From positions 434,001 to 498,000 of the forward strand of contig JAPMXV010000052.1 of assembly GCA_026936335.1 (NCBI GenBank): DNA of 64,000 nucleotides, given 5' to 3'. The position numbers and the translations under genes were made by a program. This document shows positions 48,352 to 64,000 of this stretch, piece after piece. The notes beneath the pieces are model-generated. The model had not been told where the DNA came from, made no database searches, and saw only the letters and a program-made list of their open reading frames with translations. The DNA is from Mantamonas sphyraenae STR306 (Eukaryota > Protista > CRuMs). Every line of letters starts with the position of its first letter. The stretch's first letter is position 1.

Positions 48352-48528
48352 GAGCTCGTTTGGCGCAACGTGCGCAGCGCAGGAGATCCCCGGGGATTGC
48401 GAGTGGCCATGTGGAGTTGAACATGCGTACAGCACAGAAAAGCAGCCAGTGGGGCACAAAGGATAGGGTTTGTGTGTTGATGCAAATCGTAGAACTGCAC
48501 GCGCATGCACAACCAAACGATTTCAGCG

Positions 48529-50293
<1,765 letters not shown>

Positions 50294-50308
50294 ATTCTCT
50301 GTGTGGTT

Positions 50309-50309
<1 letters not shown>

Positions 50310-50345
<36 letters not shown>
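50310..50345. repeat. (GT)18 microsatellite
   Basis: Direct read; lies between convergent genes. Confidence 0.95.
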
Positions 50346-50347
<2 letters not shown>

Positions 50348-50372
50348 CATTGATGCTCATGCGCTCATGCAC

Positions 50373-52631
50373 TCAGCTCCAGCTCACTTGTCTTCCGACT
50401 TGGAGACCAGCACGGCGTTGCACGTCGCGCAGGTCGCCCACACTCTGGTATGCACCCAGACCATCGCCAAACAGCTTGCTAAGGGTTGCCTTGTAAAACT
50501 GTTGGAAGGAGAGGATGTCGATGACGCCACGCTGAAACTCCACCATGCGCAGGCCGGTGCCCATGCGGAAGATTTGCACCTTGAAAGTTCCGCCCTGCTC
50601 GGGTAGAGTGCCATCCATGCCCCACTGCCCTGCGTTGACCTTGGTCTCGATGTCCATATCGGCAAACACCTCTTCCAGCTTGTCCAGGATGGTTGTCGCT
50701 GTGTAGCGCGAGGCAAAACGCGTGCGGCGCTTCATCTTGTCTTGAAACTCTGGCAGCGAGTCGTCTTCTGCATCTGTGTCCAGCGCACGGTCCAGCGCTG
50801 AGAGGTCCAACCCTCCACTGTGCACAGTGGACGACTTGCTCTTGCCTTTGTTCTTCAGCTTGCGGACCTTGGGCGACACCAGCACCTTGGTCAGCGGGCT
50901 GTCTTCGCTCTTGCTAGACCCCAGGCCGCTGCGTGTCACGGGCTCCTCGTCGCCAGCGTCAGAGGTGGCAAGGTCAAACACCACGGCTGTGTCCACCTCC
51001 ACCTCCTGCTCCTGCTCCTCTTCCTCCTCCTCTTCGGTGTCGTTGTCGTCGCCGTCGCCGCCGCCTGCGGCTTCGTTGTGCACCACCGTTGCTTGCGACA
51101 TCTGCGACATCTGCGAGGCTTGTGAGGCCGTGGATCCGTACTTGGCCAGCGCAGCCTCACGCACCTCGTCCAGATTGGCCACCTTCAGGTGCGAGGCGCC
51201 AAAGATGTCTTCTGACAGCTCTTCGTCGATTTCGTCGTTGATGTCGTCCTCGTCGTAGTAGTCATCGGTGTCATCGTCGTCCTCGTCATCGGTGTCGTCA
51301 AAATTGTTGTCCAGGTCGTCTGCAAAGTACTCGACCTGAAGTTGTGTGACGTCGATGTCCAGATCCTGCACGTGGTCGATGGCCATGTTGAACCACGGGT
51401 CCTTGCGAATCTCTGGGATCGTGATGCGTTCCTCTGTCGACGGTTCCATCATGCGTGAAATCAGCATCTGTGCATCTGCGCTCAGCCAGTCCGGGCAGGT
51501 AAAGTCTGCCTCTTTGATCTGCTTGATCTTCATCATGTGGCTCGCAGCGTTGAACGGGTACTCTGCATGCCAGTCAAGGGAGGGTGAGTGATTTGGCAGG
51601 TGGTCAACGGGTGTTAGTGCCACGTGCACACACGCCGTGCGTGCAGGAGAGACCATCCCAAGAAAGGGCAAACGTACGACCGCACAGCATCACGTAAAGA
51701 ATGACGCCCATGGACCAGATATCGGCCTTGCGCCCGTTGTATCCGTCTCCCATGAGCACCTGTGCAGAGAAAGGGGCAACAGTGTGAGTGACAAGCCCAA
51801 TGGCATACGCACAGAGGGGCAAAGGCCGAGGGGCGATTTGGGCGGGAGCTGCCGCGGCGTCGACGTCAAAGAACCCACCTCGGGAGCCAGGTAGCACAGG
51901 GTGCCCACCAACGAGTTGAGCATCTTGGACTTTTGCTTGTCGTTGGTGCCTTCCGACTGCGTAAAGTATGTGCTGAACCCGAAATCGGTAATCTTGAGCA
52001 CGCCGCGTGCGTCGAGGAGCAAATTCTCCAGCTTCAGATCGCGATGGGCGACCCCCTGCTTGTGACAGTACTCCACACCGTCCACCAGTTGGCGGAAGTA
52101 GAAGCGGGCTGTGTCTTCGTCAAAGGTGCCTGTCTCCGAGTTGACTGTGGTGGGCCAGTGGTGAACGAGCGGTGTGAGCGAACTGCGTTTTTCCGAGTGT
52201 ACAGGCGCAATTCCGCAGCTTGCAGAAAGCGGGACGCGGCAGCGCTGTGTGGGCCCGTCTCCTCACTTACCAATCTTGTCAAACAGCTCGCCGCCCTCGG
52301 CCAGCTCCAGCACCATGTACAGGTGCGTGTCCGACTCGGCCACGTCAAGCAGTTGCACAATGTTCTTCTGCTTCATGCCTTTCATCACTTCGATCTCCCG
52401 CTCCACCGCCACCGTCATGTTCTTGCGCTCGATCTTTGCCTTTTCAATTTCCTTGATGGCGTAGTTTTGTTCGTCGCCGTCCTTGTTGGCCAGGTACACC
52501 CTGTGCGTGCGTGTGTGAGCATGGTTTGTGTACAGCCGCCGGCCCTGTCCGGTCACCTACTTTCCGTATGCACCTTGGCCCAGAATGCCACCGAGGTGCC
52601 ATCCCGCAACTGTGATTCCTTCTGACGACAT
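50373..52631 (-). CDS. Ser/Thr protein kinase, CAMK group (AMPK/SNF1/CIPK-like) with KA1/NAF-like C-terminus (multi-exon)
   Basis: LGQGAYGK, YAIKEI, ELAEGGELFDKI, HRDLKLENLLL, ITDFG, GTLCYLAPE, ADIWSMGVILY; C-terminal RRTRFAS..VQIF..MVEFQR. Confidence 0.92.
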
Positions 52632-52778
52632 GTGTGTGTGTGTGTGTGGCTGTTTTGCTGGGAAACCTGGCGAGTCGGTTTGGAGCCACAGTTCCAGCCC
52701 AACAGTCGACCAGGGTTGCGACTTGCTCAAACGCATTCATTGTTGTGATTTCAACCGGCTGGCAACCCTTCACACACC

Positions 52779-54981
52779 TTATCCCTGGGGCTGGGCACCC
52801 ACACCACGGCCAGCACGCACCACCTCGTCCACGAGGAGAATCTGCGATGAGATGACCGAGGCCGAGTGCAGCAACTGGCGCTTGACGCGGTAGTTGTCCC
52901 AGATGCCGGCGTCGGCGGAGTCGACGGTCTTGCCCGTGTCGATGTCCAGACCGAGATGGGTGTTGCCCTTGAGCTGCTCCTCCTGCAGGGTGACCAACGA
53001 GTCGAGAGCGTCAAAGCCGCTGTTCTCGGCAAGGACCTTGGGCACGACGAGCAGAGCGTCGGCAAAGGCCTGCACACCCAGCTTTGCACGACCAGACACC
53101 TCATCGGTAAACTTGGTCAGCTCGCGGTGGGCAAACACCTCAAAGGCGCCTGCTCCCGGCACGAGCTTGTTGTCCTCGATGGCGTTCTTCACAGCGCGGA
53201 TACCATCGCGCAGGGCATCCTTGGTCTGGGCGATGCTGTGGGGCGTGGGGCCCTTGATGAGGATGGTGCACGAGAAAGGGTTCTCCACACCCTCCACGAA
53301 AGTGTACTTCTCCTCGCCCAGTGTGGTCTCCTTGACCGAGCCGGCAAAGCCCAGCTTGCTCTCGTCCAGATCTTCGAACGAGTTGACGGCCACACCGCCG
53401 CAGGCCAGCGTCAGGCGCTCCATGTTGCGGCGCTTTGCGCGGCGAATGCCCATGATGCCCTCCTTTGCCAGCATGTCCAGCGAAGGCGGGTCAATGCCCT
53501 TCTGGTTGATCACCACAAAGCCGTAGTTCTCCTTGTCGCCCGAGCACACCTGGCGCTTCAGCTCCAGGATCTGACGCACACGGTCGTCTGTAAACTCGCG
53601 CTCGGCGTCAACCAGTGCGTTGCGCTCCTCGGCCGATTTCCAGCGGAACTCCGAGTTGACCTCACTGTGTGGGGTGGACACACGCGGCACGGGAGTGGGC
53701 ACAGGTGGTGTGAGATGAGCGGGCAATGATGGGAGAGCAGGTGGGGCACGGGGCAATGCACGGGAGCGGGCGAAAGGCAGCGCGCCAAAACGCTCGTGGC
53801 CAAAGGGCGAAAAGCGTACCTCTTCTCGTACTCCAGGGAGACGTTGCATGTGAGGATGAAGCAGTTCTCGAGTTGCTTGGGCATGTCCGGGTGACGCACT
53901 CCGTGGTCAAGGACAAGACCCTTGATAAGGGAGGTGTCGAGCTGGTGGTCGTGCTGCATGTGCATGATCTCGATCATGAACAGGTCGATGGGACGATCGT
54001 CACGCTGGATGGTGGTGACGGCGTCGACCACGTACCCAGCAAGTGTCTCTGCAAGCTCGTCCTTGACCTGTGCGTGCAATGGGGAGGCAACCCGAGGCCA
54101 TGTGTGAGTCAGCGAGCTCGGGACATTCCGGCAAGGGGCAGGAGGGCGAGGCTGCTTGGCGGCAGCGAAACGGACCTTGGTGAGCAGGGAGGTACGAGCC
54201 ACATTGAGGAGCACCTCCTCATCCAGGTTCTCGGGCTCTACAGCATAGTCGTCGAGCAACTCGAGGCATTTGAGCTTGGCGACCTCGAAACCGTCGGAAA
54301 CAATGCGCGGGTGAAGACCCTCGTTGAGATGGCGGCTGGCCTGCTTGAGAAGCTCGGCAATCATGAGGACGCAGGTGGTAGTGCCGTCGCCCGTGATGTC
54401 GTCCTGGGCTGTGGCTGCACGAGCAATCATGCTGATGGTCGGGTGGTTGATTTGCTGTTTGGCAAGAACGCAAGAGAGAAGGGCGCGGAAGGGCGGGTGA
54501 GCGCAATTCAGGAAAAAAGCGCGCGAAAGCACTCTGCAAGGGGCCCTGACGCATGGGGATGCCCATCTGCACGACACTTACCATCTCGTGCAGCAGCACT
54601 GAGCCGTCCTTGGTCAGCTTGATGTCGCCAGCACCGCCCACAAGCATCTTGATGGTGCCCTTGGGTCCCAGGTTGCTCTTGACCACATCGAACAGCACGC
54701 GCGCAGCCTGTGTGTGTGTGTAGCCACGCGGTTGTGTCAGACAACGATGCACACACCGTCTCTCTGTGTCTGTTTGTCTTTTGTGCTATGGTTGGGTGTG
54801 TGCCGCCTTTGCCGGTTGGCAATTGGCGCTGGAACACGCAGAAAGCAACGGAACGAAACGCATCTTGCCCAAACAGCTCCTACAATCGCACACAACGTAC
54901 CGTGATGTTCATGGTGATGGCCTCGCCCTTGCGGACAACCTCGGCACCCGGTTTGACTTGACTAACAGCATGCGAACTCAT
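52779..54981 (-). CDS. CCT6: T-complex protein 1 subunit zeta (multi-exon)
   Basis: [64 protein letters not shown]. Confidence 0.97.
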
Positions 54982-55141
54982 CGTGAATGCTTTGGGCACA
55001 GAGTACGGGTCAGCACAGAGTGCATTGGATGTGATCAAACGGGCGTTCTTTGAAAATGGGATGGCAGCGCATGCACACACACACGACCACACACACACGT
55101 GGCACAAGCAATGCACACGGCGTCACCTACCTTTTGGTCGA

Positions 55142-56683
55142 ATGGAATTTGGATGGAGCGGCGTGCGCGCAAGGTGGCCCAACTCCGCTTCAGGCCAGAT
55201 GTCGCGTGCGATACGCTCGCTGGCGGACCTCGGCCAGGCGGACACAGTTCAGGAGGCGTGGGACATTTGTTTGGGCAAACAGACGACAGAACGCAAGAGC
55301 AATGCGGTTCTCTTCCGCACAAGAGGCGACAACACCGGTGCTCACGTCGGCTATCTCCACGTGCAGGTCAGCTTTGCGATCACTTGCGCATGATGTCATC
55401 TGTTGAACGTGCTTCCCACCAACACACACACACACACTCACTCACACACACACACACAATCATCCACAGGGCCAGCAGTTTGCTCTGGCTGTGCACAATG
55501 GAGACGACATCGCCAACGCCTACGTGTTGGGTGACGCTGACCTCGCAGATGCTCTACAGGAGTATGCTAGTGTATTGGAACAGGTTGGTTGTTTGTGTGT
55601 CTTCCCTGCCACTCCTCTGTTTTGAGAGTACGCCCACCCCGCAGTGTTCCCGAGAATCCTCACACGCCACGCAACAACACACAGCGTCGTAAACACTGCC
55701 ACACCCTCGACGACCTGCTGGTAGAGGTAGAGGACGTGCTGTTGCAGTCGCTGGCATCCTCCTCTTCCTCCACATCTCTTGTACATAATCACAAGGAGCT
55801 GCCCGACGAAAAGTTCTACAGCACCGTCCTGGCTGAGCTTGATCGCGTTGGTTTCCACAGGCTGCAGAACGCATCACAAGATTTGCGCTCTCTGGAACTC
55901 GTCTGCAAGGACAAGCGAGGACGCAGACACATCCTGTCTCTCTCCCTGCCCACAAATTATCCGCAGGCATTGCCTCTGTGCCGTGTGGTCGCTCCTGAAC
56001 AGTTCGTTCCTCGTAGCGACGACGCCATGGACGTCGACACCTCCTCCTCTTCCTCCTCCTCCTCCTCCTCTTCTACACACCCTCCTGTCTCTTTGAAACC
56101 AGAATCTGGGCTGGATGCACTTCTGAGGCAGTTTGCGACGTGGCTAGAGCGCTTCCAATCCCTGTGGGATGAATTGGACGATCTGGACACACACACGTGG
56201 GTTATCGAACCCGAGCGACCCACTCGCGACATGTGCTACCGCCGCATAGCCATGGGGGATCATTGCAGCGTCCATCTGCAGCTGGATGTGCAGGCGCCAC
56301 GAGCTATTCCCGAGTGCCAGTTCACAGGCCCAACTCAACTCGCCACCGCATATCGCCACTCCTTCACTGAAGGACTCTCTTCGTGGCAGCGCTCTCGTAG
56401 CGTGCGTGACAACCTGCAACGCATCCTAGACGTCCAGTTCCCAACACGTGAGGAGGCAGCCGAGATGGACCTGAACCTCGAGTGTGGCATCTGCTACGCC
56501 TACCGTCTCCACAACGACGCTGTGCCCGACCGCATCTGCGACAACACAAGCTGTGCACGGCCCTTCCATCACGCCTGCCTTTACGACTGGCTCCAATCGC
56601 TGCCAGACTCGCACCAGGCCTTCAACACTGTGTACGGCACCTGTCCCTACTGTAGCCAGGCCATCAGTGCCAAGCTGGCATGA
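55142..56683 (+). CDS. FANCL: E3 ubiquitin ligase FANCL (spliced; start uncertain)
   Basis: WDELDDLDTHTWVIEP, RRIAMG, C-terminal ECGICYAYRL..PDRICDN..C.RPFH..CLYDWL..GTCPYC. Confidence 0.93.
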
Positions 56684-56741
56684 CTCCCACATTTGTCCAC
56701 CCATGGTCTGTTTGCATTCGCATTTCCTCTTCTCCCATCAC

Positions 56742-57535
56742 TCACAGCAGCTGCTGCAGCGCTTGCACAATGTACGGGTAGCCCTCCTTGGACGATGGCG
56801 ACGGAATCACCTCCAGCACACCCTTCTCGCCGTAGTACTCCACCAGTGGCAGCGTTTGCTTCTTGTACTCCTCGATACGTCGTTGGATCACCTCAGGCGT
56901 GTCGTCGGGTCTCTGGATAAGGTCTTCACCGGTCTCGTCATCCTTGCCCTCCACCTGCGGCGGGTAGTACTGGATGTGGTATGTACGACCGCTGGCCGGG
57001 TGCACGCGACGGCCCGTCAGTCGCTCCATGATCACCTCTTCCGGCACGTCCAGCTGCAACACAACCTGGAACGGTTTGCCCATCCCGCTCAGAATCTCGT
57101 CCATGCCCTTTGCCTGTGGCACAGAGCGCGGCACTCCGTCGATCACAAAGCCTTTGCCTTTCTGCAGCGTCTTGTCCACGTGCGACGCCATGAACTTGAC
57201 CATCAAATCATCGCCCAGCAGCTCTGTGTCCCTACGTGTCAGCATGTTTTTGCCGTGACAAAACCCTGCCCTGCCCTCCCGACCTCCTTTCTGCTCTCTC
57301 CCCTGATTCATCCTGCTTCCGTACCTCCTCGCGACATGGCTTCCTTCACCGACTGGCCAAATTCGGTCCCCTCCTTGATCTCCTCGCGCAAAAGGTCTCC
57401 AGACGACAGATGCACCAGCCCAAAGTCCTTGATGATCTCTGTGCACTGTGTGCCCTTTCCCCCTCCCGGCGGGCCCAGAATGGCCACCCTCAGCGGTGCA
57501 TTTGCTGCCGCAGCAGTGCTCGTTCTACGAAACAT
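56742..57535 (-). CDS. Adenylate kinase, long/LID type (2 exons)
   Basis: ILGPPGGGKGTQ, HLSSGDLLR, DGVPRSVPQA, RRVHPASGRTYH, LIQRPDD. Confidence 0.95.
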
Positions 57536-57601
57536 GGCTATGCAAATGAAAGCGGATCGTTTGGCTCGGACAGAGCAAAAAATCGATGCATTGTTCGCTG
57601 T

Positions 57602-59126
57602 TCATCTCCGGCCCGGCTCAAACAGAGCCGACTCGGGTGGGGAGCGCGGCAAAGGCGGAGAGGCCACCGGGTTTGGGCTCAACACGCCCAGGTCGAGGCA
57701 TGGTTGTGCACCCTGTTCGGCAAACAGGGCGTCCTGTACAATGGGGTTGTGTGCACGATCCACAGACGCCTCCACAGCCATCTCCTGCGGCACCATGGCC
57801 ATATGCATCATCACAGACGCACGCCACTGCGACATCTGCTCCTCTGTCGGCGTGTTGGTCACGCTCTCTTCGCCTGCGCCATACCACAGCCACATCCCGT
57901 CCACCGTCCCGTCTCGTGTCCCAGGCCGCTCCATGCCGTCCTCGCGCCCATTGGCGTCCACGGCCCCAGTTCCGTTCCCGCCCGCGTCTCCACTTGCGCT
58001 TGTGGCCACAGCCACGCCGTTTGTATGTACACCTGTGCCCACATCTACGTGCGGCGACAGTAGCAAGCGCGACATCACGTCTCCTCCTCGTGCCACACGT
58101 CTCGTGCCACCCTCGCCATCTTCGTCGTCGCCTGGGGCCTCCTGTGTGTCAGAATGCCCGTTGGTCCTTGTGGCCTGGTCCAGGCCCTCCTCATCCTCCT
58201 CTTCCAACAGGGAAAACTCGCTGCCGTCCAGCTCGCGCAAACGCCGCAACGCCGCAGGGTGATATATGATGCTGCTGTTGTTGTTGCTGCCCGCGCCTCC
58301 CGTGTGTCCGACAGTGCCCACAGTGCTTGCTGTTGCCGCCGTGTCCATGCTCCAATTCGACAGCACGCTAAGCCGGTCGCTTTCGCTGTGTGCGCTGGGC
58401 GTTTCCGTGAGAAGGTCCATTCGCTCGTCGCCCGTGTCGTGTGACTCGGCAGGCGACAGCAACGACGACGCCCCCTTCCCTGCGTACGGAGTCCATGTCC
58501 ACTCGTTGCTAGTGCGCACACGGTACAGCTCGTCCACGCTGCTCGTGCTCTGCAGCGGAATGCCCACGCTTCCGCTCACCGCGCGCGAAACGCCCGTCGG
58601 CGTGCCCACTGTCGAGGTGGCCAGCGACCTGCTGCTATGCACACTTTGTACAAGGCCCATGGCTGTGTATGCATGCGCTGCAGCTCCCCCGTATCCGCCT
58701 CCTGTCGTGCTGTGCCGCCGACCTTGGTTCAGAATGCTGCTGATTTCTCGCGCCGCCAGCCGTCTGTGTTGCGAATCGCGTTGTCGCCGCCCCGAGCGTC
58801 CTCTGTTGTGTCAGCACATGCATGTGTCCCTCTTCCACCCACCCCGTCCCGTTTCCACACCGCCATGGCTCCTGTCTCGCAAAGGGCCGCAGGAAAGGGC
58901 CAAGAGAACGGAAGCACACGAAAAAACGTCTTTGGCAGCCCCACCACAGAAAAAGGTGTGGATCTGTGGATAAGACGCCTTCCCATGCCTCTCTCGGCCA
59001 TGCCACGCACCTGTGTTTCGACTGTCGCTCACTGCTGCCCCCCGCGTTGCTGCTGCTGCTCTCCTCTCTATCTTCCAGTGCATCCATCGACGATGCGGGA
59101 CGAAGCGGCTCGGGGGCGACCAGCAT
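57602..59126 (-). CDS. Hypothetical disordered protein (probably 2 exons)
   Basis: 352-aa ORF extends upstream in frame to ~58800; probable upstream exon ending at a gtgcgt donor ~59010. No motif recognised. Confidence 0.45.
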
Positions 59127-59213
59127 CGTTCGCGCTTTTGCTTTGGGGGTCTCTGCGCATTGCATTTTCGACTGAATTCTCCCACTGCTCACATCCCACA
59201 TCCCACACCACAA

Positions 59214-61950
59214 TCACTCTGTCTTTGGCTTGCGCCTGCGTCGATCGCTGCTGCTGCTGTTGCTGCTGCTGCCGCCGCCGCCACGAGTCTCCCGCTCGGC
59301 CTTTGTGAACACAGACTGCACAAACTCCGACAGGTACCCTTCCAGCACATCCAGCAGCATCTTGTCCATTCCCATGGAACGAAGCGTGAAAAACAACCCC
59401 ACACCGGCCATGGCCATCACCAGCAGCACCGGCGACGACAAGATGGCAACCAGCTCGTTCCAGCCAAGCACGAGCACAACCAGAAGCATCCACATCGGCA
59501 CCTCCTTACTAGCCACAGTTGAGTGCATCACACGCAGCTGCTCGGCGTACGCAGCGCCACTTTCGCTCATAAACCGCTCCATGATGCTGCGGCACCGTGT
59601 CTCGTCCAACACCACCAGCCGCTTGTCCACAGGACCCTGTCGCTTCACAAGGCGGATGGATGACGACGACGAAGACGACGAAGAAGAGCTGCCCTCTTCA
59701 TCCTCTTCACCGTGTGCCTCATTCAGCAGAGAGAGCATCGACACCGTGTCCGCCTCTGCATCCAGACGCACGTACGCGAGCGCCTCCAGCAGGTCCAGCG
59801 CTGCCTCTCGCCCACTCTCAAACACTTGCTTCATATCTTCTTCCTTGTTGTACACTCGCGGGATGCGCTTGTCGTCAAAGCGATACACGTCGTCAAACGC
59901 CTTCTTCAGCTTCAGCAGCACCTGTTCATCCGCCGTCTTTTCGCGCATCATCTTGCTCACCACCTCCACCGCCTTTTCCTCCACGCTTTCTGATGCACTG
60001 CCAGCGCCGCTCCATTCACGGAGAGGCCAGCCAGACGTGCATCCAGCGCCTCCACCGCTTCCGCGTTGCACGTGCCGACCGTCTTGCGCAACGAGCGCCA
60101 CATTTTGCTGCTGCCACCATCCACTGCGCGCACGACCTCGTCCATCACCTTGTGCTTGTGTTCCTTGTACACACTGGCCAGCACACGTTCAATCTGCTCC
60201 TCCCGTTTCTTGTCCACCTCACTCGCCAGACCGCTTGCCAACCGCTTTCGCTCTCCACTCGCAGACCACTTGCCCTGTGCCGCCTCCACTTCCTGCAGGC
60301 ACCCTTCCACCTGCGTATCAAACTGCTGCAGCACTCCGGCGCAGATTGCCTCGGTCACATCGCCAAAGTGAGGCACCATCCCACCCGAGCCGGCCTTGTG
60401 TTCTTCCACTTCGTACTGCTCTCGCCAGCTCGACACTGCCGCCCTGCTCCAACTGTGCACGTACTCCTGGAATACTCCCTCCAGGGCGGCCAGAAGGTGC
60501 TCCTTCAGCTTGATGCGTTTGTCCGTGTACACACGCTCGTGGTATCGCGAGGCCTGCTCGTCAAAGTCCCGCAGTCCTTGCTCCACGATCGTTTGCATCT
60601 GTTGACCCAGACCCGTCACGCCACCCTCTGTGTCCACAGCCAGCGCCAGTGTGTGAATGGTCTCTTGCAGGCTGTCCACTACCTGCTGCAGGATCTCGTC
60701 GCACCTGAACGTCGCCAACATTTCCCGCTGCGTCGGCAAATCCAGATCCTTGTTGGCTTTGATCTGATCCCAAATTCCCTGTGTGTATGCGCTGAATCCA
60801 TCTGCAGGCACACTCTTCTTGTACTTGTCCGCAAACACGTATCCGTCCGCCTGCGGATCCACAAACCGTGTGCGCAGTGCAGCAACCCCTTGCTCAAACT
60901 GCTCTGTCTGCAGCAGCTTGTGCGCCAATGACGCCCATTCAAAGTCAAAGAACTGGTCTGGCGTGGCGTCTTCCAGGCCTTCGGGCTTCTTGATCTCCGC
61001 CCAGATCTTGTTCAGATCGTCCTGCACCGTGCTTGTGTGCACGTCCAGCTCTGTGCCGTCGTCGTGGTCGCGAAACAGGAACAGCAGCAGGGTCTTGGGC
61101 GGCTTTTGGCCCTCTTCGTCCTCCAGTCGTGCAAACAGCTGCAGGTGGACATCAAAGACCGTTTTGAGCAGGCCGTAGTTGGCTCCCTCGAAACGCCCAA
61201 TGTCGCGATACCACATGTTGACAATGAGCACTTCGCTGAGAGCCAACGAGAACAAACTGATCTTGCGTTCAAACTGGCCATGGTCTTCGCCTCTGTCGCT
61301 GCTATCCGTGCCTTCCACATCAAACACAAGCACTTCCTTGTCCCCTGACTCGCCGTTGGCTTTGCTCGCTGTGCTCAGCCACACTCCCTTGGTTGTGCGC
61401 TGGCGTCCTCGTGCACCGTCCAGCACCGCAAACTTGGAACCAAACAGCATGTTGAGCAGTGTGCCTGTGACGTGGCAGTGCCACCCATGCGAGTGAACCC
61501 CGCCGTGTGCGTGTCCATTGCGTGTCAGTGATCCGTAACCGTTGTCACCACGCCCATGTGTCCTGAATACAGGCTCCTTGCTGTCGCATGTACCCCAATG
61601 GCAAAGCGATGGTGGCCGCACGAGCCGGTTGTGCGCCTTGCAAAATGGCGCCAGAACGGAAACGGGCGCGCCTCACACAACCTACTCTTGCCCGAAGATT
61701 GGCAGCCAAACACAGCCACGACGTTGTAGTCGAAGCCACGGTCCAGGACGTTCCACGCCTTCAGGTGCTCCTGCATCTCGTCGCTGCAGACGACGGCGGC
61801 CAGAATCGGTGGAAACGAAAAGTGGAGGCCGAGTCAGCTCGTTCACTCAGGGCAGGGAATGCATGCACACACACACACAGCTGCCACTCACGTAAATTCG
61901 GCATTCTCGTCAATGACCTGACACAGTGAGGTGTCTGAAGCACTTGTCAT
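59214..61950 (-). CDS. SEY1: SEY1/RHD3 ER-fusion GTPase (spliced; apparent frameshift near 60000)
   Basis: QVIDENAEF, YNVVAVFGCQSSGKS/TLLNMLFG, RQRTTKGVW, DVEGTD, ANYGLLKTVF, DLDLPTQREMLATFRCDEI, FDDVYRFDD, VPMWMLLVVLVLGWNE. Confidence 0.95.
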
Positions 61951-62018
61951 GCTTGTTTGTCGAGTTGCGAGACGCCGCGCATGCTCTGGCAAGCTGTTTG
62001 CCATGGGTATGTGTCCTC

Positions 62019-64000
62019 ATGTCCATCCCCAACATGCGTAGCCCCACACTGGTTCCCTTCTTTCCTGTTTCGATGACTGTTTTCCTGCGCCACGGTGCCT
62101 ACCTTCACTTGCTGACCCGGCGTCCGCTCCAGATTCACGGCTCGACTCGTTCTTTGCCGAGCCAGGCGAAGGGGACGGCTCGACGCTGCGCCTGCGGCTG
62201 AGCAGGTCCAGCTTGGAACGAGACTCCATGGCGTCGCAGTATGCATACCGACCAAACAGTAGCGGGGCAGCCGCACGGGTGTGGGAAAACAACGTGTCCG
62301 CGGGTGGCGGCGCCGCAGAAGACAACGGTCAAGTGGACGAGGCGGCAGAGGGGACAAGTGAGGACCGCAGCAACAAGCAGGTGGGCTCAGGACAGGCACT
62401 GGGCAGCAACCATGACGACCGGTACCAGAGCACATTGATTGGCAAGGCCAGTAAGCGTGAGAGCGCGTTGGGACGAGACGTGCGCTATTCCAGCCTGTAT
62501 GCAAACGAACAGGCGGATCCCCGAGGACGACAAAGCCCCAGGAGCAAAGGAGGCGCCGGCAAACGCAAAGGCAGTGCAGGCGCAGATGGAAGCAGTGGTG
62601 GAAAGCGACGGACGGGGGGAGGAGGTGGAACAAGCGCGAGCAAGCGACGAGGCAGCAAACCGCGCTCGCTTCTGGACGAGCTGTACGGATCGTATGGCCA
62701 CACAGGAGGACACAACGGAGACGGAGATGCTTTGGGACGCAGCAGAATGCAGGGGAAGCAGGAGCAGGACATGCTGTTTGATGCACCTGCGCTGCAGAGT
62801 GTACAAACGGCGTACGACACGCTGGGCAGCGTGAAAAACACACTGGTCACACAGCAGACACACGTGGGCAGAGTGCGCGACCAATCCAAAGACGCCCTGC
62901 ATCGCGTGCGCGACCTTCACACTGCCTTCCGCATGTGCAATCAAAAGCGGCTGCAGCTGAGAGAGGATGTCCAACATGTGGCGCTCTTCATTGCCCAGGA
63001 CGAGGCCCTGCTCGACCGCCTGGCCCAGCTCAGCCGGCCCGAGAGCACCCTCATGGACAACGTGGACTTTGCCGACCAGGAGTTGGCACGCGCTGTGATG
63101 CGCATTGTCAGCAGCGCCACCGCGCAAGACGACGTCGATGCCTTGCTCGACGAAACCGCAGCCAACCTGGACGGGTTTGCACCTGCCAACGCCCTCGACG
63201 ACCACCGATTGGCCTTCAAACTCATCGACTCGGCCGCCTCGCAGGTCGCCTCGCAAATCGAGGACCTGCTGCAGGAGCTGCCAGAGGCCCTGGACGAGCT
63301 GCAGCTCATTGTGGAGAAGGCCAAGGTGCGCAGTGGCAAGTTTAGCGACGGCGGAACTGGAGCATCGTCGTCGTCGTCATCCACCTCGTCGTCGTCGTCG
63401 TCCCGTAAGGGAGCACGCATTAAGCCACAGGACAAGCTGATGAGCATGGACGAGGCAATGTCGCTGGCCACCAAGGCCATGTTGCACAACAACCAGAGCA
63501 AGGTGGACATGAGCCAGGAGCAGATGCTGCTGGCTCACCAAAACAGGGTGCAGAAGGAGGTGATTGTGGCTTCCTTGAAGCGAATCCGCAGCGAGTACGT
63601 GGCCCAGTTTGGCGAGCCTGTGCAAGAGCGACCCCAGCAACAGCAGCAGCTCCATAGCGCACACACGCAGGGCGAATCGTCATTCGGCCTCGATGCAGAG
63701 GATGCACTGCCGTCGTCGAGCAGCATGGACAATCTGCAACAGGGCGGACGGGCAAAGACGGGCATGCGCGTGGACACGACGAGTGGGATGGGCACGACGA
63801 CCACCCCACGACTGCAGAAGCTGGAGTCAGCAGCATCGGGTCATTCGCCTGGTTCGGAGCCAACAACCATCGTGTATCACAGCGACAGCGAGCGAGGAGA
63901 AAGTCCAGGTGTCGGAGGAGAGTTTGGTCTCGGATACATGGAACAGGTGGCACAGGAACGACGAAACAACATGGACCGTGAGCTGGCGTGGACCACAGAG
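62019..64000 (+). CDS. Hypothetical helical/coiled-coil protein, 3' end beyond window (spliced; start uncertain)
   Basis: Apparently stop-free frame from ~62512 to the window edge (...FADQELARAVMRIVSS...QIEDLLQELPEALDELQLIVEK...) plus an upstream exon ~62133-62381. Confidence 0.55.

Overview
Gene-dense, GC-rich nuclear DNA from a unicellular eukaryote (short GT-AG introns, tiny intergenic gaps; species not identifiable from sequence alone). It carries about 23 ordinary host genes, including FMT, ENTR1-like, TARBP1/Trm3, cyclophilin, OGFOD2, HAT1, SAPS, a CXC/LIN54-like gene, two ABCA half-transporters, PITP, RECQL4, GOT, a kinase, CCT6, FANCL, adenylate kinase and SEY1. Two different Fanzor (eukaryotic TnpB/OMEGA RNA-guided nuclease) loci sit between host genes. 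(1) A 5,822-bp element at 19926-25747 has 22-bp terminal inverted repeats, a TA target-site duplication and CATA immediately 5' of its left end. It encodes an intact giant (~1,800 aa) Fanzor1-type protein whose long N-terminal region is unrecognised and appears to contain three degenerate copies of one module. (2) A spliced Fanzor2-type gene on the minus strand (~5116-2152) has a low-complexity N-terminal extension and is followed by a structured non-coding region with a perfect 24-bp hairpin (candidate omegaRNA). No transposase or recombinase was recognised in either locus. All family calls come from motif recognition by eye; no searches were run.
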